64,000 bases of DNA from NCBI GenBank assembly GCA_009103225.1, contig RHPI01000140.1, forward strand, positions 62,001 through 126,000, given 5' to 3'. Under the pieces are notes generated by a model that saw nothing but the letters and a program-made list of their open reading frames with translations, did not search any database and was not told where the DNA came from. How positions within the stretch are numbered: the first letter of the stretch is position 1; each line of letters opens with the position of its first letter. This document shows positions 24,101 to 45,032 of this stretch, piece by piece. A program made the position numbers and the translations under genes. Source of the stretch: Chlorokybus atmophyticus. Taxonomy: Eukaryota; Plantae; Mesostigma and Chlorokybus algae.

Positions 24101-25217
24101 AGTCAGCGTGCGCTCGCCAAGAGCTGCATCAAGTGACGCAAGCTGTGAACACGCCAAAGGCCATAATGTGGGTGCTGCACTGCCAACAAGCTAAAGCAAA
24201 GTTGATGAGGCATGTGCTCCACTGCCCACCAAGATACCTGCTCTGCGAGGCCAAGCCGCTGTGCAGTGAGCCGCTCGCGACGCTTCTTTGCAGGAGGATC
24301 TGTTGTCACCAAACATTAGCACTTTAAATGCATTTGTACGGTTACGTAGTGCTGGAGTTTTCATGCATTGCGGCTGCTTGCCATGCGTGTTGTTATACAA
24401 CGTATTTATCCACTACAAGCAGTCAAGACGTGCTGCTGTTTTGCCAGGAGTGATGAGCACATGCACATGCACCTCAATTGCATTGGAGACGCCTAGACTT
24501 ACCAACTGCAGCGCGAACGAGAGACAGCATATTGCGTTCATAGGGGACACCAACTACCGCCTTCTCAAATGCCAGTAGCCTTGCACGAAGTGCTGGTGTG
24601 CGCACCTGCGTGTCAATGTTTCGCCTCAACACGTACTTGAACATGCAAGACTTGAAGGGTCTGTTGTAGTGCGCAACTTGGATTGCATGCATGGCATCCA
24701 CATTGGCGTCAATGCAAGCATTACCGCATGCATTGCCTCCAAGTGGATGGTAAAGAGGCATGCATTCAGGACCAAAAGTTACCGCTGACAATCTGCGTAT
24801 GGCAACAGCATTGCTGCGTGTGCGAGCGAGGCGGTCGCTGAGGGGGTAGCTGGTGACGCCGTTGAGATTGGCCTCCAGCAGCCGGAGCTCCCCAGGGCCA
24901 GGTCCAGCGACCACAACGCCGACATGATCCCACTCGGAGTTGGAGAAAGCCTTGGATGCGGCGCAGATGAGTGCTCCGTACACGCTCATGCGCAAGCAGG
25001 CCCTGGAGAACAGCACTATGTCACCGCTGTCCAAACCAGGGGGCACAATGTAGGAGGATGAAGGAGAGGAAGATGAGGTATCTTCCTCAATTTCGCCAGC
25101 AATCTTCTCAGAATTTGAACCCTCCTCGGCAGCCGCCACCGGCACCGGCGGCGGCATTGCAGCCCACAACAACAACGACAATGACAGTGACAATGACAAT
25201 GACTCGTCAACAAGCAT
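21198..25217 (-). CDS. Multidomain fusion: permuted NlpC/P60 (YiiX/YebB-like) amidase + 2 cNMP-binding domains + Aralar/citrin-like EF-hands + SLC25 mitochondrial carrier (~1086 aa)
   Basis: Seven exons (25217-24783, 24605-24503, 24299-24238, 24142-23305, 23220-22376, 22253-22011, 21932-21198) with GT-AG ends sum to 3261 nt in one frame. Motifs: GDIVLF...WDHVGVVV...LLEA and FCSEL; VFHEGDYGDAMYVVESG and FQQGDVGDNFYVVASG...FGELALMFDTPRGATV; LISFMEF...YQIAFQLADRTNKG; PVERVR, PLDTAR, PLDTIR, LYRGNGVNMLRVLP. The start codon could instead be 25157. Confidence 0.82.
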
Positions 25218-25235
25218 GCTACTGACCACTTTGAG

Positions 25236-25244
25236 TTAGGGTTT
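25236..25244. promoter_or_regulatory. Telo-box (TTAGGGTTT) in a short divergent promoter
   Basis: Exact reverse complement of AAACCCTAA, ~20 bp upstream of the putative ATG of the carrier-fusion gene. Confidence 0.45.
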
Positions 25245-25387
25245 GGAGTTTCTGATCCGAGTCGACAGCAAGGTTGTATGGTGCTGCTGACTGAATCCGG
25301 ATCACGGTACGTGACGCCATATCGGCGGCGACGTCTGCGGCGGTGGTAGTGGTGTGGCCAGGGGTATAGTGTAGGGTAGGAGGCGTA

Positions 25388-25774
25388 ATGGCGCGGCAGG
25401 AGATGCCTTGGGACGCGCTGGTGGTGGAGATCAAGCGGCGGGCGACGGTGGCGTGGATGGCCGCGGCGCAGCGGCGACTGAGGGCTTCTGCGGAGGCTGC
25501 GGCCCGGACCGCTGCGGCGGCGGACTCCCTGCGCTACAAGCTGCCTTACATGTACAGTGTGCTCGACGCCTCCACCGCCAGCTCCCCACTTGAGAACAGC
25601 GTGCCTGCCGATCGCATGCAGATGTACAGTGAGCCCACCGTCGAGCACCACCACTCCGTTGACCCGGCCAGGCGGCGGCACCACTTCCGCAATCACCAGC
25701 TGGGCAGACGGGCGGTGCTGATCGCCAACGTTGCGCTCTTCACCACGCTGTTCTGGCTCACGCCGCACTTCTAG
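25388..25774 (+). CDS. Small intronless protein (128 aa) with a C-terminal hydrophobic segment, unknown function
   Basis: ATGG context, GC3-rich codons like neighbouring genes, C-terminal RRAVLIANVALFTTLFWLTPHF*. No family recognised. Confidence 0.6.
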   Translation: MARQEMPWDALVVEIKRRATVAWMAAAQRRLRASAEAAARTAAAADSLRYKLPYMYSVLDASTASSPLENSVPADRMQMYSEPTVEHHHSVDPARRRHHFRNHQLGRRAVLIANVALFTTLFWLTPHF

Positions 25775-26714
25775 TGGAGTGAAGTGCTGCGAAACAATTT
25801 TGTATATACCTCTGCTGTATGCGTCCATGGTTTTGCTGGCAAGGAGGGTTTCCTGTCCGCAGCGCAGCGCTGCTATGGAGGAAAGCCGCCCCATGGCCAT
25901 CTTTTTCTTCTTTGCTTCCTTGCGCAAGTAGAAAGGTAGTTTAGCAGCAACGGGCTGTCTGCGAGCACTTAGCGTACAGTGCGGCAAAGTGGTTGACTGT
26001 GCAGTACAGCATGTACTGCTATCTTTCTGCTTACGTGGTGTGTTTTCAATTGCTTACCCAAGCAGGTCTGTGTGTTATCTGTATGGAGCAGTCGCTGACT
26101 CTATGTGGTGGCGTTGTATACGGATTAAGCTGAAAGGAAGGTCGACCAATGCAGCGGGCCTCTATTTGTCTGTCTGCAGTAGTATCATGTGCGCGTTCAG
26201 TTCTGTGCTATGATGTGCTAAACTGCAATACACACCCGCAATCTGCGATGCTGTTGTCATGTACAGCACTAGGATGAAAATTTGCAAACATGCACAACTA
26301 TGTGAACATGTACTTGTGCGCGTGCACACAGTAGGAATATCTCACTGTGCAACGAACAACTGTTGCATCCACGTCGTACATGTGCACCAGGCATCATCCA
26401 CGCCAACTCTTACAGGCAGACATCCGCCCAAAAACACAACGTGCAGCATACAACCTTCACCATTGGTCAGGCACACAAACTAGCAAACCAGCAACTAGTT
26501 GGCTGCTGAGAAGCAACTTGCTGTGCCATGCACCACTGCCGCAGCGGCCAACACACCTGACAAGAATAACTATACACAAAAGTTCAGTCCTAACAGCTGT
26601 ACAAAGCCAACAAGAAGTTGACCAAAAGAACAGCTTAACCTACTCAGCTTGAAGCTGAACACCCGCTTAGTGCAAGCCTCCCAAAGCTCCTAGAAGCATA
26701 CCATTGTGAGAAAC

Positions 26715-27224
26715 TCAGCTTGCTGGCTGCTGGTGCTTAAGCTCGTGGGCGGTGAAGGCAGCGCACAGCTTGCGCAACGCCGCCGCCGTGTGCTGCAAGG
26801 CATTGAGCTTGGTGTCCCTGGCCATGGCCTGGTGGTCGTCGCCGTGGGCGGCGACGAGGCGGCCGATGTAAACTCGCTGCATGGCTGTGAGGCGGGGCGG
26901 CGGCCCCACGCGGGGGACGGCGCCCAGCGCCCTGGCCAGCTCCCTGGTGGCGTCCTCCTGCAGCTGCTCGTCGCCCACTTCAGCCTGCTGCCTGGTCGTC
27001 GCTGCGGCCCGGGAGGATGGCCGAAGAGTGGACAGGCCGAAGGCGGCGTAGTTGGCGGCAGCGGTAGCGGCCGGGTCCCAGTCAGCGTCGCCGTCGGCGG
27101 CGAGCACAGCCGCCGCCGCCTTAGGCAGCTGTGGCGGCTTCAATGGCCGCTTCTTCAAGTCTCGCTTCAGGGCCACCCGCACCGGCGCCCTGTTGCGCTT
27201 CGCTCTCCTCCTCGACCCTGCCAT
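26715..27224 (-). CDS. NOP16: Nucleolar protein 16 (60S biogenesis)
   Basis: MAGSRRRAKR..., WDPAATAAANYAAFGL, RLVAAHGDDHQAMARDTKLNALQHTAAALRKLC. Confidence 0.88.
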   Translation of the reverse strand: MAGSRRRAKRNRAPVRVALKRDLKKRPLKPPQLPKAAAAVLAADGDADWDPAATAAANYAAFGLSTLRPSSRAAATTRQQAEVGDEQLQEDATRELARALGAVPRVGPPPRLTAMQRVYIGRLVAAHGDDHQAMARDTKLNALQHTAAALRKLCAAFTAHELKHQQPAS

Positions 27225-28038
27225 CCTCCTCCTCCTCCTCCACCTCCTGCGCCGCCGCCGCCGCCGCCACCGCCGCCGCTGGCAGCACTGCACGCTAACG
27301 TGCTGGACTATGTTGATATCTGAAGCAAAGCCAGTGTAACAAATCTGCGCGGCGATATCGCGACACTTACTGCTATATACAACCCAGCTGCGGACTCGAT
27401 GTAGTGTCCTTGCATGCATGAGACAACCGACCACACAAGTATAGCATGTGCAAGAGTGCAAGTGTGGAAACAAGCACGCAGCAACATAGAAACATACACA
27501 CTGGCAGAGCAGCATACCTCTTCTGTACATGCGCGCGTACGCATACTGGTAGTACTGAGGCAAGGTGAGGGGTAGCGTAGGCAAAGTGATTTTGAGAAGT
27601 GAGGTGAAGCGAGCTGGGACAGCAAGCGCACCACGACATTGTGCACATCAGGCATACGCACAATCTGCATTTTGTGATGACAGTTTCTATAAGGATTGAT
27701 CAGTGCAGATGTGGGCCTGGTACACTATAAACACCGCATGCATACAACGCACGCACGTACAAGCACACGCCCGCGCGCGCAAACAGCGGTTATATCATTG
27801 CAATGGTGACACCATTGAACTTCAAGGCAGGCAGCTGTCTGCGCAACAGGCGGCAGCAAGCACAACAAAAAAGTCATCAGATGAAACCGAAAGCTGCATG
27901 CACGCCAGGCACACCACAACCTGTGCACATTCACCATTACCACTGCCAGCGTCTACACTGCAGCATGTGCGTCCTTCACGCAGACACGCATGTGCGCAAG
28001 CGTGCACACGCATACACAACGCAGCTGAATGAGCAAAA

Positions 28039-31000
28039 TCAATCCATGTCTGTAGCTCTGGTGGCCAGGGAGGTGACCAGCCGCTGCAGTGCTGCGATCT
28101 GCGTGTCCTTCTTTTGCAACTGCTGCTGCATGGCCGCCAGCTGCGACGAAACGTTTGCTGCCCCACCGCCGTTGGCATTGCCTGTCTCGCCACCTGTTGA
28201 CGCTCGCCTTTTCTCCGCACGCCTCTCGGCCGCTCCCTTGCCTGCACACAACACTGTTTGTTAGATGATGGCATTGTGACTGTATCCTCAATGCAGGATG
28301 GTACGACTACCACAAAATCACCTTGCTTCTGCTTCTTGGTGTCTTGAGGTGCCGAGCCTGGAGTTGCTACCATGTGACAAGGATGTCAATAACAACAAGT
28401 TACGCCACAATCAACTAACACAAGACAACAAACCAAAACAAACCAGCAATGTGCAACTTACCCGTCATGGTTTCAACGCGCGGCTGTGCTTGTGCAGGCG
28501 GCGGTGTGGACACGGGAGCAAACTTACCCATGTTTGCATCAGTGCGTGGCTGCGCTTGTGCGGGTGGCGGTGTCGACAAGGGAGCCTCTGTTTAACCCAA
28601 CCACAGCCTCATTAGACGGGAGTACATACCAACACATGCACATTATCAAGCTGAACAACAAGCCCACCCGCAGAACTTTTCATCCTTTTTGCATCCACGC
28701 TGTCGGACAAAGGCAACGCAGCCTGCTCGACGCTGCCGAGGTCTTCAATAGGTTTGCGCTTCTTGTCCCTCTTGTTGTTCTTCTGTGCACTCTCTGCCAG
28801 CGCAGAGGCAGCATTGCCATTGTTGTTGGGTGCCGAAGGCTCGGACGTGGTTGCCACGACTGTTGTGGTGGTGGTCGTGGCCGTCGTCCTTGTTGTTGTT
28901 GATGGAGCGGAGGGGCCCAGATCCGTCTTGCCAAAGGTCTCGCCGTTGTGACACGCCATCTTGCGCACACACACAATTGAACCTACGAGGACATGTATTG
29001 GTACACCAATGATAGTGGGGGAAAACGGTGCGCCCATAGGACATGCCATCAATCCCACACAAGCACACCTGTGCTTGGTAGAGCAGACATCTTCTGATGA
29101 CGTCCAAGTGAGTCTTTCCCCTGGTTGCCCCGCAACCGCTTGAACACCGCATTGCAAGCCTCCACCGACTGCATAATACAAACTGTCAACGTACAACAAC
29201 ACTACACCGTCTCCAACGCTAGCATAACACACATCCACCCGCACCTCAAACACGGCGAGGGCGGTGCCAAAGTCCTTGCCGGCAAAGTCAAGGCTCTGTA
29301 TGTCCACTTTGAGTTTGGCGCCCTCCCCATCTGACGGCTCGAACAGGGCCACCAGCGCCGCTTTCGACGTCTGGGGCGGGATGCGGTGGATGTACAGCTT
29401 GGACAACAGCGCCTTATCCACCTGAGGGAGAAGAACGGAGGTGACATCTCATAACATACTGACTGCATGCATGATAACAGTGGCACTAGAAGAGTGGAGG
29501 GGGAGAGAGAGAGAGTGCCAAACCCAAACTCAAAAACCACATTTACGTATGGTAGACACAACAGCGACTATCTACATACCTAACCTCACAAGAGAGAGTG
29601 CATACCCACTTTTAGACACTCGTACATACACGCTCCCCGACATCACTTCTTGAACATGTTAAGCAATGCTACAACTGCACATGCACACGCACGCACAGCC
29701 ACGCACACTCTTACGCACATGGGCGCACATACACTGCACCTTTGTGCACTTCATGCGAAGCACATGTACAACCATATCTGTTCACCTTTCCGGGTGGGGG
29801 TTTCAGCGGTGGTGCTGGCGTCTCCCTTTTCAGCTCTTCGATCACAAGTCTCATGGGTGTGGACGCGTCCTCGACGGAGTCGTGCGGTCCCGCGGTGTTG
29901 TCGGTGCCAAATCCACGGAAGGCGACTTCGGCCGGGAGGAGCAGGCGGGATAGGTCCGCCAGAGATGGCACCGCGCCGACCAGACCCTCGTAGGTGTAGA
30001 GAAGGGCCGTGTCAATCACGCGCCGGTGGTCGATCTGAAGGGCTGGGAGACACGCATGAGGTGACAGAGGGATGTGATGAGAGTTTCACCAACAGCAAGT
30101 GTTTGGCACTACATGTACATGTAAGCACTTCAACAACACTATAACAACAACAACACTCGCATGCAGACAAGCAATTACAAGTGCAGGCGTGCAAACGTAC
30201 ACACACTCGAGTGCACGCCCGCATGACGTGTACATGCCTGCGTGCGTGCGTGCCAGGGCTTGTGTGTGCGTCTCAACATGCACATACCTGTCAAGTCGTG
30301 ATGGAGAGAGTGTCCGACAAGAATCGTCCCCGGTCTGTTGATGAACCTGAAGACGGCTCGTTGAGCGTCCTTGTGGTTGAACTCAGCTTTCTTCACGTCC
30401 TCCGCCGTGACACCTAAACACTCACATCAGCAAACACGATCGACCACTACAACATCAAAGTCATGCCACCTTACCAGTGATATTGGTTCGGTAGTCCGTG
30501 ACAGTCCCACGTGGCCGCACGACCGCATTAAAGAGGACTTTGAGGTCGCGGTCGACGACAGCCACGCGCACGAGCTCGCGGTGGTTGCCGTCTGTCGCGC
30601 ACATCTCGCAGTCGATGCCTATTAGGATCGGCGGAGAGGGCTCTTCCTGCGCGGTACCCCGCTCGCTGCGCTTCCAACCCTGGTGGATGGGTGCACGTTG
30701 AGTTGATAAAGTTGTGTACACATACGTGTGTGTGCACTCGTGAGTACTTGGATGGTAAGGATGTGTTTGGCGCTTATGGATTAACAGACACATATGTGTA
30801 CACGTACAAGTATGTGCGCATACTCAATGCGTGCGTGCGTGCGCGAGAAGGTATGCTAATCACATTGTGCTGTGGCTGTATTCGTGTGTGCAACCTCTTA
30901 CTCTTTGGTCAGAAGGAAAGTCATAGCTGCTTGGAAACTTCGGATGTTGTTTAGTCCTCTCCACTAGAGCCTACACGTGTTGCATGCCATTTGATTCACT

Positions 31001-32002
31001 CCCGTACGTACCTGCAGGCGCGTAGCACGTCGACAAAACACGCTCATCCTTGAGACCCACCTGCTCCTTGGTGGCCCGCCATGGGTCGCTCTTCTCCGCC
31101 TCTGCGAGTGCTTTTCGCTCGTAAAACCACTCTTTCTTCCTCTTCACCGCCTGTGCAAGGGACATCACCAACATGACAAACACCGCCACGCACGCACGCA
31201 CGCCATAACACACATCGCAAGAAACACCACAAACATGCGCACAACCTTGTCATCTTCGGGGCTGTTCAGTGTGGCAACAAAGCCCGCGAGCGTTTGCCAG
31301 CTATGCTTGCCCGGGTCCCCGGGCACGCCTCCCCCTTTCTGCCATGTGGGCTGAACCCTTGTGGCCAAATAACTCTGTGGAAAAGACAACAAAAACAACA
31401 AGAACCGCAGCTTTGCTTTGTGTCACAAGTGAGGGAGTATGAAGATGATGATGGAGTCAATGCATGCATTGCTGCTTGCCTTCCAGTCGCCATATTGCCC
31501 GGCTGTGTTGGAGCGCTGAAAGTCCTTCACTATCCTTACCAGCAGCTGAGGAAGGAGTAAACATGTTTTGGTCATGCTTATGTGATTTGGTGATTATCAT
31601 GCAGGCAGTTGCAAACGCACACAGTCGACCATGCATACACGTGCAACTCCCGTGCAACTCCATAAAAACCAGCTGATATGCTGAAAGGGAGCTTGAATTG
31701 CGCATGCGCGGGGACACAGATATGCAAGATGCGAACTACTGGTCTTGTGTGTAAACGAATGCCGAGGACAGCTGGCAGCTGAATGCACTGACTAAGATCC
31801 AGTGTGCAAAGGAGGGCAAACGTTGCAATGTGTCATGTGTTTGACATTGGTTGTTGTTAAGGACAGGACCACAACAATATCAAGGCATGGCGGGGCCAAC
31901 GTGAACAGCATTGCTTGCTCTGAACTACTTTTGCCACAAGGTTCTCACTCTCACCTCCCTGTCGCGGCCTGTGAACCCAGCGACCTCCGCCGCTTCCGCC
32001 AT
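28039..32002 (-). CDS. SDN: Small RNA-degrading nuclease (SDN/REX-family DEDDh 3'-5' exonuclease with RRM-like domain and C-terminal coiled coil)
   Basis: IGIDCEMCAT...ELVRVAVVD, VTDYRTNITG, ILVGHSLHHDL, VIDTALLY, HDSVEDA; N-terminal GDWK|SYL...DPGKHS; LYIHRIP RRM-like segment; C-terminal KKDTQIAALQRLV. Confidence 0.9.
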
Positions 32003-32925
32003 GCTCCAGCCAGACAGCTCAGCAGTGGCGCACCTAGCCAGCCAGTGCAATAGCTGTATGTTGCTGTGACAAACCAACGTGCGACTACACCGTTGCCGTC
32101 GCCGCCACTGCCGCCGCCGCCACTTCCTGCGCCGGCGTGGAAGTTGTGCACCCTTCCCCCTTCCAGTAGCGGAAGTTCCTGAAGTACATGATCATGAAGA
32201 TCATGTTGGCAAAGGCACTATGATGGAGCGCTTAAAAAGTCTTGGAGCGCCCATGTTTGAGTCTTTAATGAGGACTTTAAGTTGAAGAAAAACATGTTTA
32301 ACACACCTACAAAGTTGAAGTTCATAACGGTTGATTGTATGGGAAGGGACGAAGAATAAATATCAATGAGCCTTGGTTTGAACGAAGAAAGCCGACGCAA
32401 AAATCTCTGGGTGGCAAGAAGATTGCATAAGAGATTTTCGTTCGCAGGTAGTAGGGTGGCATTTGTTAAAATGCATGCCTCTCTCTCTCTCTCTCCTTTG
32501 CGCCGCTTGTCAAGGACGCATCATCGCCTCCTGCCTGCAATTTACATATTTTTTATGCCGTTCGTGGCTGCTGCGGCCTCCTTCAGCGTCACGGTTGCAT
32601 AGCACATAGTGCACTTGGTGTGTTGTAGAGTTGGTGAAGGCTGCGGAGGTGATAATTATTTGCTTGCTTGTTAAGCCTAGTCCTTGTATGCTGTGTGTTT
32701 GCGCACTGAGCACGTGCGTGTGGCCTTAGATGACTATGCTGTATACTCTATGCATGTAAGCTGGTACCGGTCGCATTATGCCGTGCAGACTCACACGCAC
32801 ACTCACACGCAGGCGTAGGCGCACCCACACAACGCATACACCCACCAACGCATGATTTGTAATATTGATTGTTCTCCACCAACACCACCACATTTACCAC
32901 AACAACATTATAACAGTTACAACGG

Positions 32926-33247
32926 CATCAACAACTTGTTGATGTAATTGGTGTTTGAACACCAATTACATTACCCCATCAATAAGCATTATAATGGACG
33001 CGTGCCTTATGCAAACCACAGCAAGCTTTTGCGTAACAACTTGATTAACAAAAGTTAATATTATTATGAGCAATATATTGCTAATATGTGGCGCAAGTAG
33101 CATGTGTTATAAAAGGCATTAACAGCATTTGCCACCTGAAGGCATACTATGCAGCTAGTGGCAATTACCAGAGGTGGTGGCTATGAGAGCCCGTTACTCA
33201 TTACGGTAACTTATATTTTGAGTCACGGGCTCTCATAGCAACCTCGG
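32926..33247. other. AT-rich cluster of short perfect inverted repeats and hairpins
   Basis: At least six stems read directly (see findings). Confidence 0.8.
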
Positions 33248-33749
33248 TATCTCAATGCGCAACTATGTGTCGTATTTATTCTCATTACATCATTGCTCAG
33301 CCGGTTGCAATTGATGACAACAACTAGCGCTGAAATGATGTCATAGCGTTGAGTCAGACACTTCATCAAAGCAACATCAACCACATGTTGTCACCCCCTT
33401 GCATTTCCTTGCACTCGCTGTACTCCTTTTGATCAACACATATTGCACCCAATAGCATCAAAATCGACCTCTCCTGCTCATCATTCCACAAGTTCACAAT
33501 GCCCTCTTTCAATAAGGACAACAGCTGAAGCAACAGCAGCACCGTTACCGTGCGCTGAACGCTCATCATGCGCATCTAGCACTCCTACTCGCTTACACAA
33601 CCACAACATGACCAGTATCGTGCTAGAGGAGTCCACCATTGTGACACGAACTGCACACCACACGGGGCGGCCAATTCAATACAAAATTCAATACAACACT
33701 ACGTTCATTGGCCCGCAACAGTTGTGCGCGCCGCATGCGCAGCTTATCT

Positions 33750-40860
<7,111 letters not shown>

Positions 40861-41044
40861 CACATGCATCTCTCTGGAAAAGTGGGTAAGACCTTTTGGT
40901 TCTAATGCACGTGAGGAAAGTTGTCATGCACAACAGGAACAACGCCCATTGCTAAGCTAACCTGAACAGAAAAGTCAGCAATTGCTCATAGAAACAGTTA
41001 CTTCATGCTTCAATGGCTACTTTACAAGTTCAACTCCTATGCTC

Positions 41045-41710
41045 TTAGGTGGGACACCGTTGGCCCCTTGCCACATAAGCGAGCTCGGACGATACAAATA
41101 TTATGTATCCACCTAGAAATGTGCCATAGCCTATCCAACCAATAGAAGCGGAGATTGCTGCCGGCCAGAAGTAACCCAGTTGGAGGGTCTGAACGTCATC
41201 AACTCCAACAATAACAACAACAGCCAAATAACACGATGTAAAATACGCGAGCCCTATCAGCAGTGACCAGCTGGCCAGTATCCTTGTTGCTTTGAGCTTC
41301 ACTGTGTGGCTCGCATTGCGTAGCCCTACTCCAGTCAGCAGGTACACAGTCAGCAAAGTGAAACCGAAAACAGCATGCCCGTATAGTGGCAGTACATGAT
41401 GACCTTGCAATCCGTATGTGGAGGCCACAGCTTGCAGTCCCAAGTACTGTGTAACCACCGCAAGCAGGCTGACCGACATCACGACCATGTCTTGCAACGA
41501 GTGGGTGTTCAGCATGTCCAGCGCTAGAGGCACAGCGGTTGGGAACAACACTGTTGTAAACATGAAGACTTGCATCGGGCTGCAGATGAAGTTGACAAGG
41601 TAGCCTTGCGTGATGGCCAGCAGTCCAGTGATGGAACTACTCAGCGCAGCCACTCGCGCAACGGCGTTCAACTTCTGTTGGTGTTCCTCTTTGGTTAACT
41701 TCGCGGACAT
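41045..41710 (-). CDS. Uninterrupted 221-aa multi-pass membrane protein ORF, unknown family
   Basis: Five to six hydrophobic stretches (e.g. VMSVSLLAVVTQYLGL, AVFGFTLLTVYLLTG, WSLLIGLAYFTSCYLAVVVIVG). It may have an upstream exon at 42190-42475. Confidence 0.6.
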   Translation of the reverse strand: MSAKLTKEEHQQKLNAVARVAALSSSITGLLAITQGYLVNFICSPMQVFMFTTVLFPTAVPLALDMLNTHSLQDMVVMSVSLLAVVTQYLGLQAVASTYGLQGHHVLPLYGHAVFGFTLLTVYLLTGVGLRNASHTVKLKATRILASWSLLIGLAYFTSCYLAVVVIVGVDDVQTLQLGYFWPAAISASIGWIGYGTFLGGYIIFVSSELAYVARGQRCPT

Positions 41711-42623
41711 CGAGCTGGACGCCAGCCGCCCCTGGCAACATCAATCTCATGGTAGTCAACAGTGTTGATTCTCAATGACAACACGCACATTGAACAATGG
41801 TTTAACTCCATGCTGCACCGCAATCACCTGCGCATGCATAATCAAGCACTGCACTTACCAGGAGACAGTTGTAACTGACGAACAGGATTGCAACGACTGT
41901 CATGCATGCGTCAGCCACCAACTCATTGGGTGCAAGGAAACCAAAATAGGGTGGTGTGCTGCAGTCTCGAAGGCCATTCTCAGCCATCAGCGACTGACAG
42001 TCCACGCAATGCCTGCATGAATCCACGGATGCAGGCAGCACGTGGGTAGAATACGAGGTACATGAGAAGTATGTCGTAAGCCGCACGCATACACAAACTG
42101 CCATAAACAATTGCATTAGGAAGCTTTTGACAAAACCCTATGTGTCCGTATGACTCTTTGCATGCGTACTTGTGAGACCAATATAAGCACATCTGAGAGA
42201 TGTGACATCTCTCCTGCTTTGATGAACAAGAGCCCCAAGCTTAAGAAGGCACCCGCACACATACGACACCAAGCAACCACATGCCACACGATGTCAATTC
42301 GTGTCAATTGATCATGCCAACCGCAGCCCTCCAGCAAAGAAGCAATGCTGCCACTCCCTTGCATGCTTGCAAACACACCTACACTAACGATGATGACGAC
42401 CCATGAACGACGAGCGCACCTGCGCACTCCGCGGACAACGCAAAGAAAAACTCCAGCGCCCCTCTTCTTGCTCACAGAGCCTTCACCCGAGCCTTACCGC
42501 CCTCTACTCCAACACCGACATCGCCCACGAGTGTACAGTGAATTGCCGCCCCGGCCCCAGCAGGCGTTGGATTGCCTGAAACAACGCATCGGTGCCGCTG
42601 CCGTCGGCGAATGCCCAATGACG

Positions 42624-44860
<2,237 letters not shown>

Positions 44861-44986
44861 AGGGTATAAGTCAATCAGCATTCATGCTCAATCATGCGGT
44901 GCTTTATGTCAACACTGTGCAGCTATCAGCAGTCAGCAGTCTGCACATGCACCAAACACAAGGCAATGCAGGCGGGCGCCACAAAT

Positions 44987-45032
<46 letters not shown>

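Noticed and set aside
25016-25987. 323-aa minus-strand ORF as a 5' extension of the carrier fusion
   Set aside because: It overlaps the better-supported plus-strand ORF 25388-25774 and is out of frame with the amidase exon.
33481-33600. PA-domain-like phrase AVVLIERGHCELVE on the minus strand
   Set aside because: Followed by two stops; a single short motif is compatible with chance.
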